Assembly: GCA_010015585.1 (NCBI GenBank)
Contig: ML975152.1
Origin: Eremomyces bilateralis CBS 781.70
Lineage: Eukaryota
Direction: 5' to 3' (one strand)
Length of the DNA stretch: 45,793 nucleotides
Part shown: positions 45,700 through 45,793 of the stretch, one piece after another
Layout of the letters: each line of letters starts with the position of its first letter
How positions within the stretch are numbered: position 1 is the first letter of the stretch
The notes under the pieces: generated by a model
Databases searched by the model: none
Seen by the model: only the letters and a program-made list of their open reading frames with translations
What the model was told of the DNA's origin: nothing
Program-made: the position numbers and the translations under genes

Positions 45700-45793
45700 T
45701 TTGTCCCACTTCAACCCCAACCTTCGTCGACTACCCAAAAGGTGTGCCCACTACCCGGGCAACTATACAAGAGTAGATGCGAACCGGCAAGCG

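Noticed and set aside
1..45793. tRNA, rRNA or snRNA genes
   Set aside because: No cloverleaf with T-loop consensus and no 5S or U-snRNA signature recognised by eye; a covariance-model scan would be needed to exclude them.

Overview
Intron-containing eukaryotic DNA from a filamentous ascomycete (Pezizomycotina-type GT/GC-AG introns with CTAAC/CTGAC branch points). About 17 intact genes can be reconstructed by hand: an APA2-like Ap4A phosphorylase, a Myb-like protein, a head-to-head pair of predicted peroxisomal enzymes (GST kappa and an HSDL2-like SDR), a two-RRM protein, RPL32, an aldo-keto reductase, an NAD kinase, an MTC2/MoxR-like AAA+ protein, an NYN-like/CCCH protein, a HAL2-family phosphatase, an AflR-type Zn2Cys6 factor, an FAD monooxygenase, a Cys-rich membrane protein, a Trx-PITH protein and two hypothetical genes. 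There are also two pseudogenes (a Ser/Thr-rich surface protein and a HET-NB-ARC-TPR NLR), two MITE-like elements and several short tandem arrays. The most unusual spot is the GST-kappa/SDR locus (5.5-8.5 kb). It combines a 179-nt intron made almost entirely of back-to-back hairpins between two micro-exons, a shared promoter with two CCGAGG motifs, a 7-copy 15-bp GATA-motif array abutting the SDR start codon, and an obligatory GC-AG intron. All family assignments come from motif recognition; no searches or folding computations were run, so novelty is unverified.
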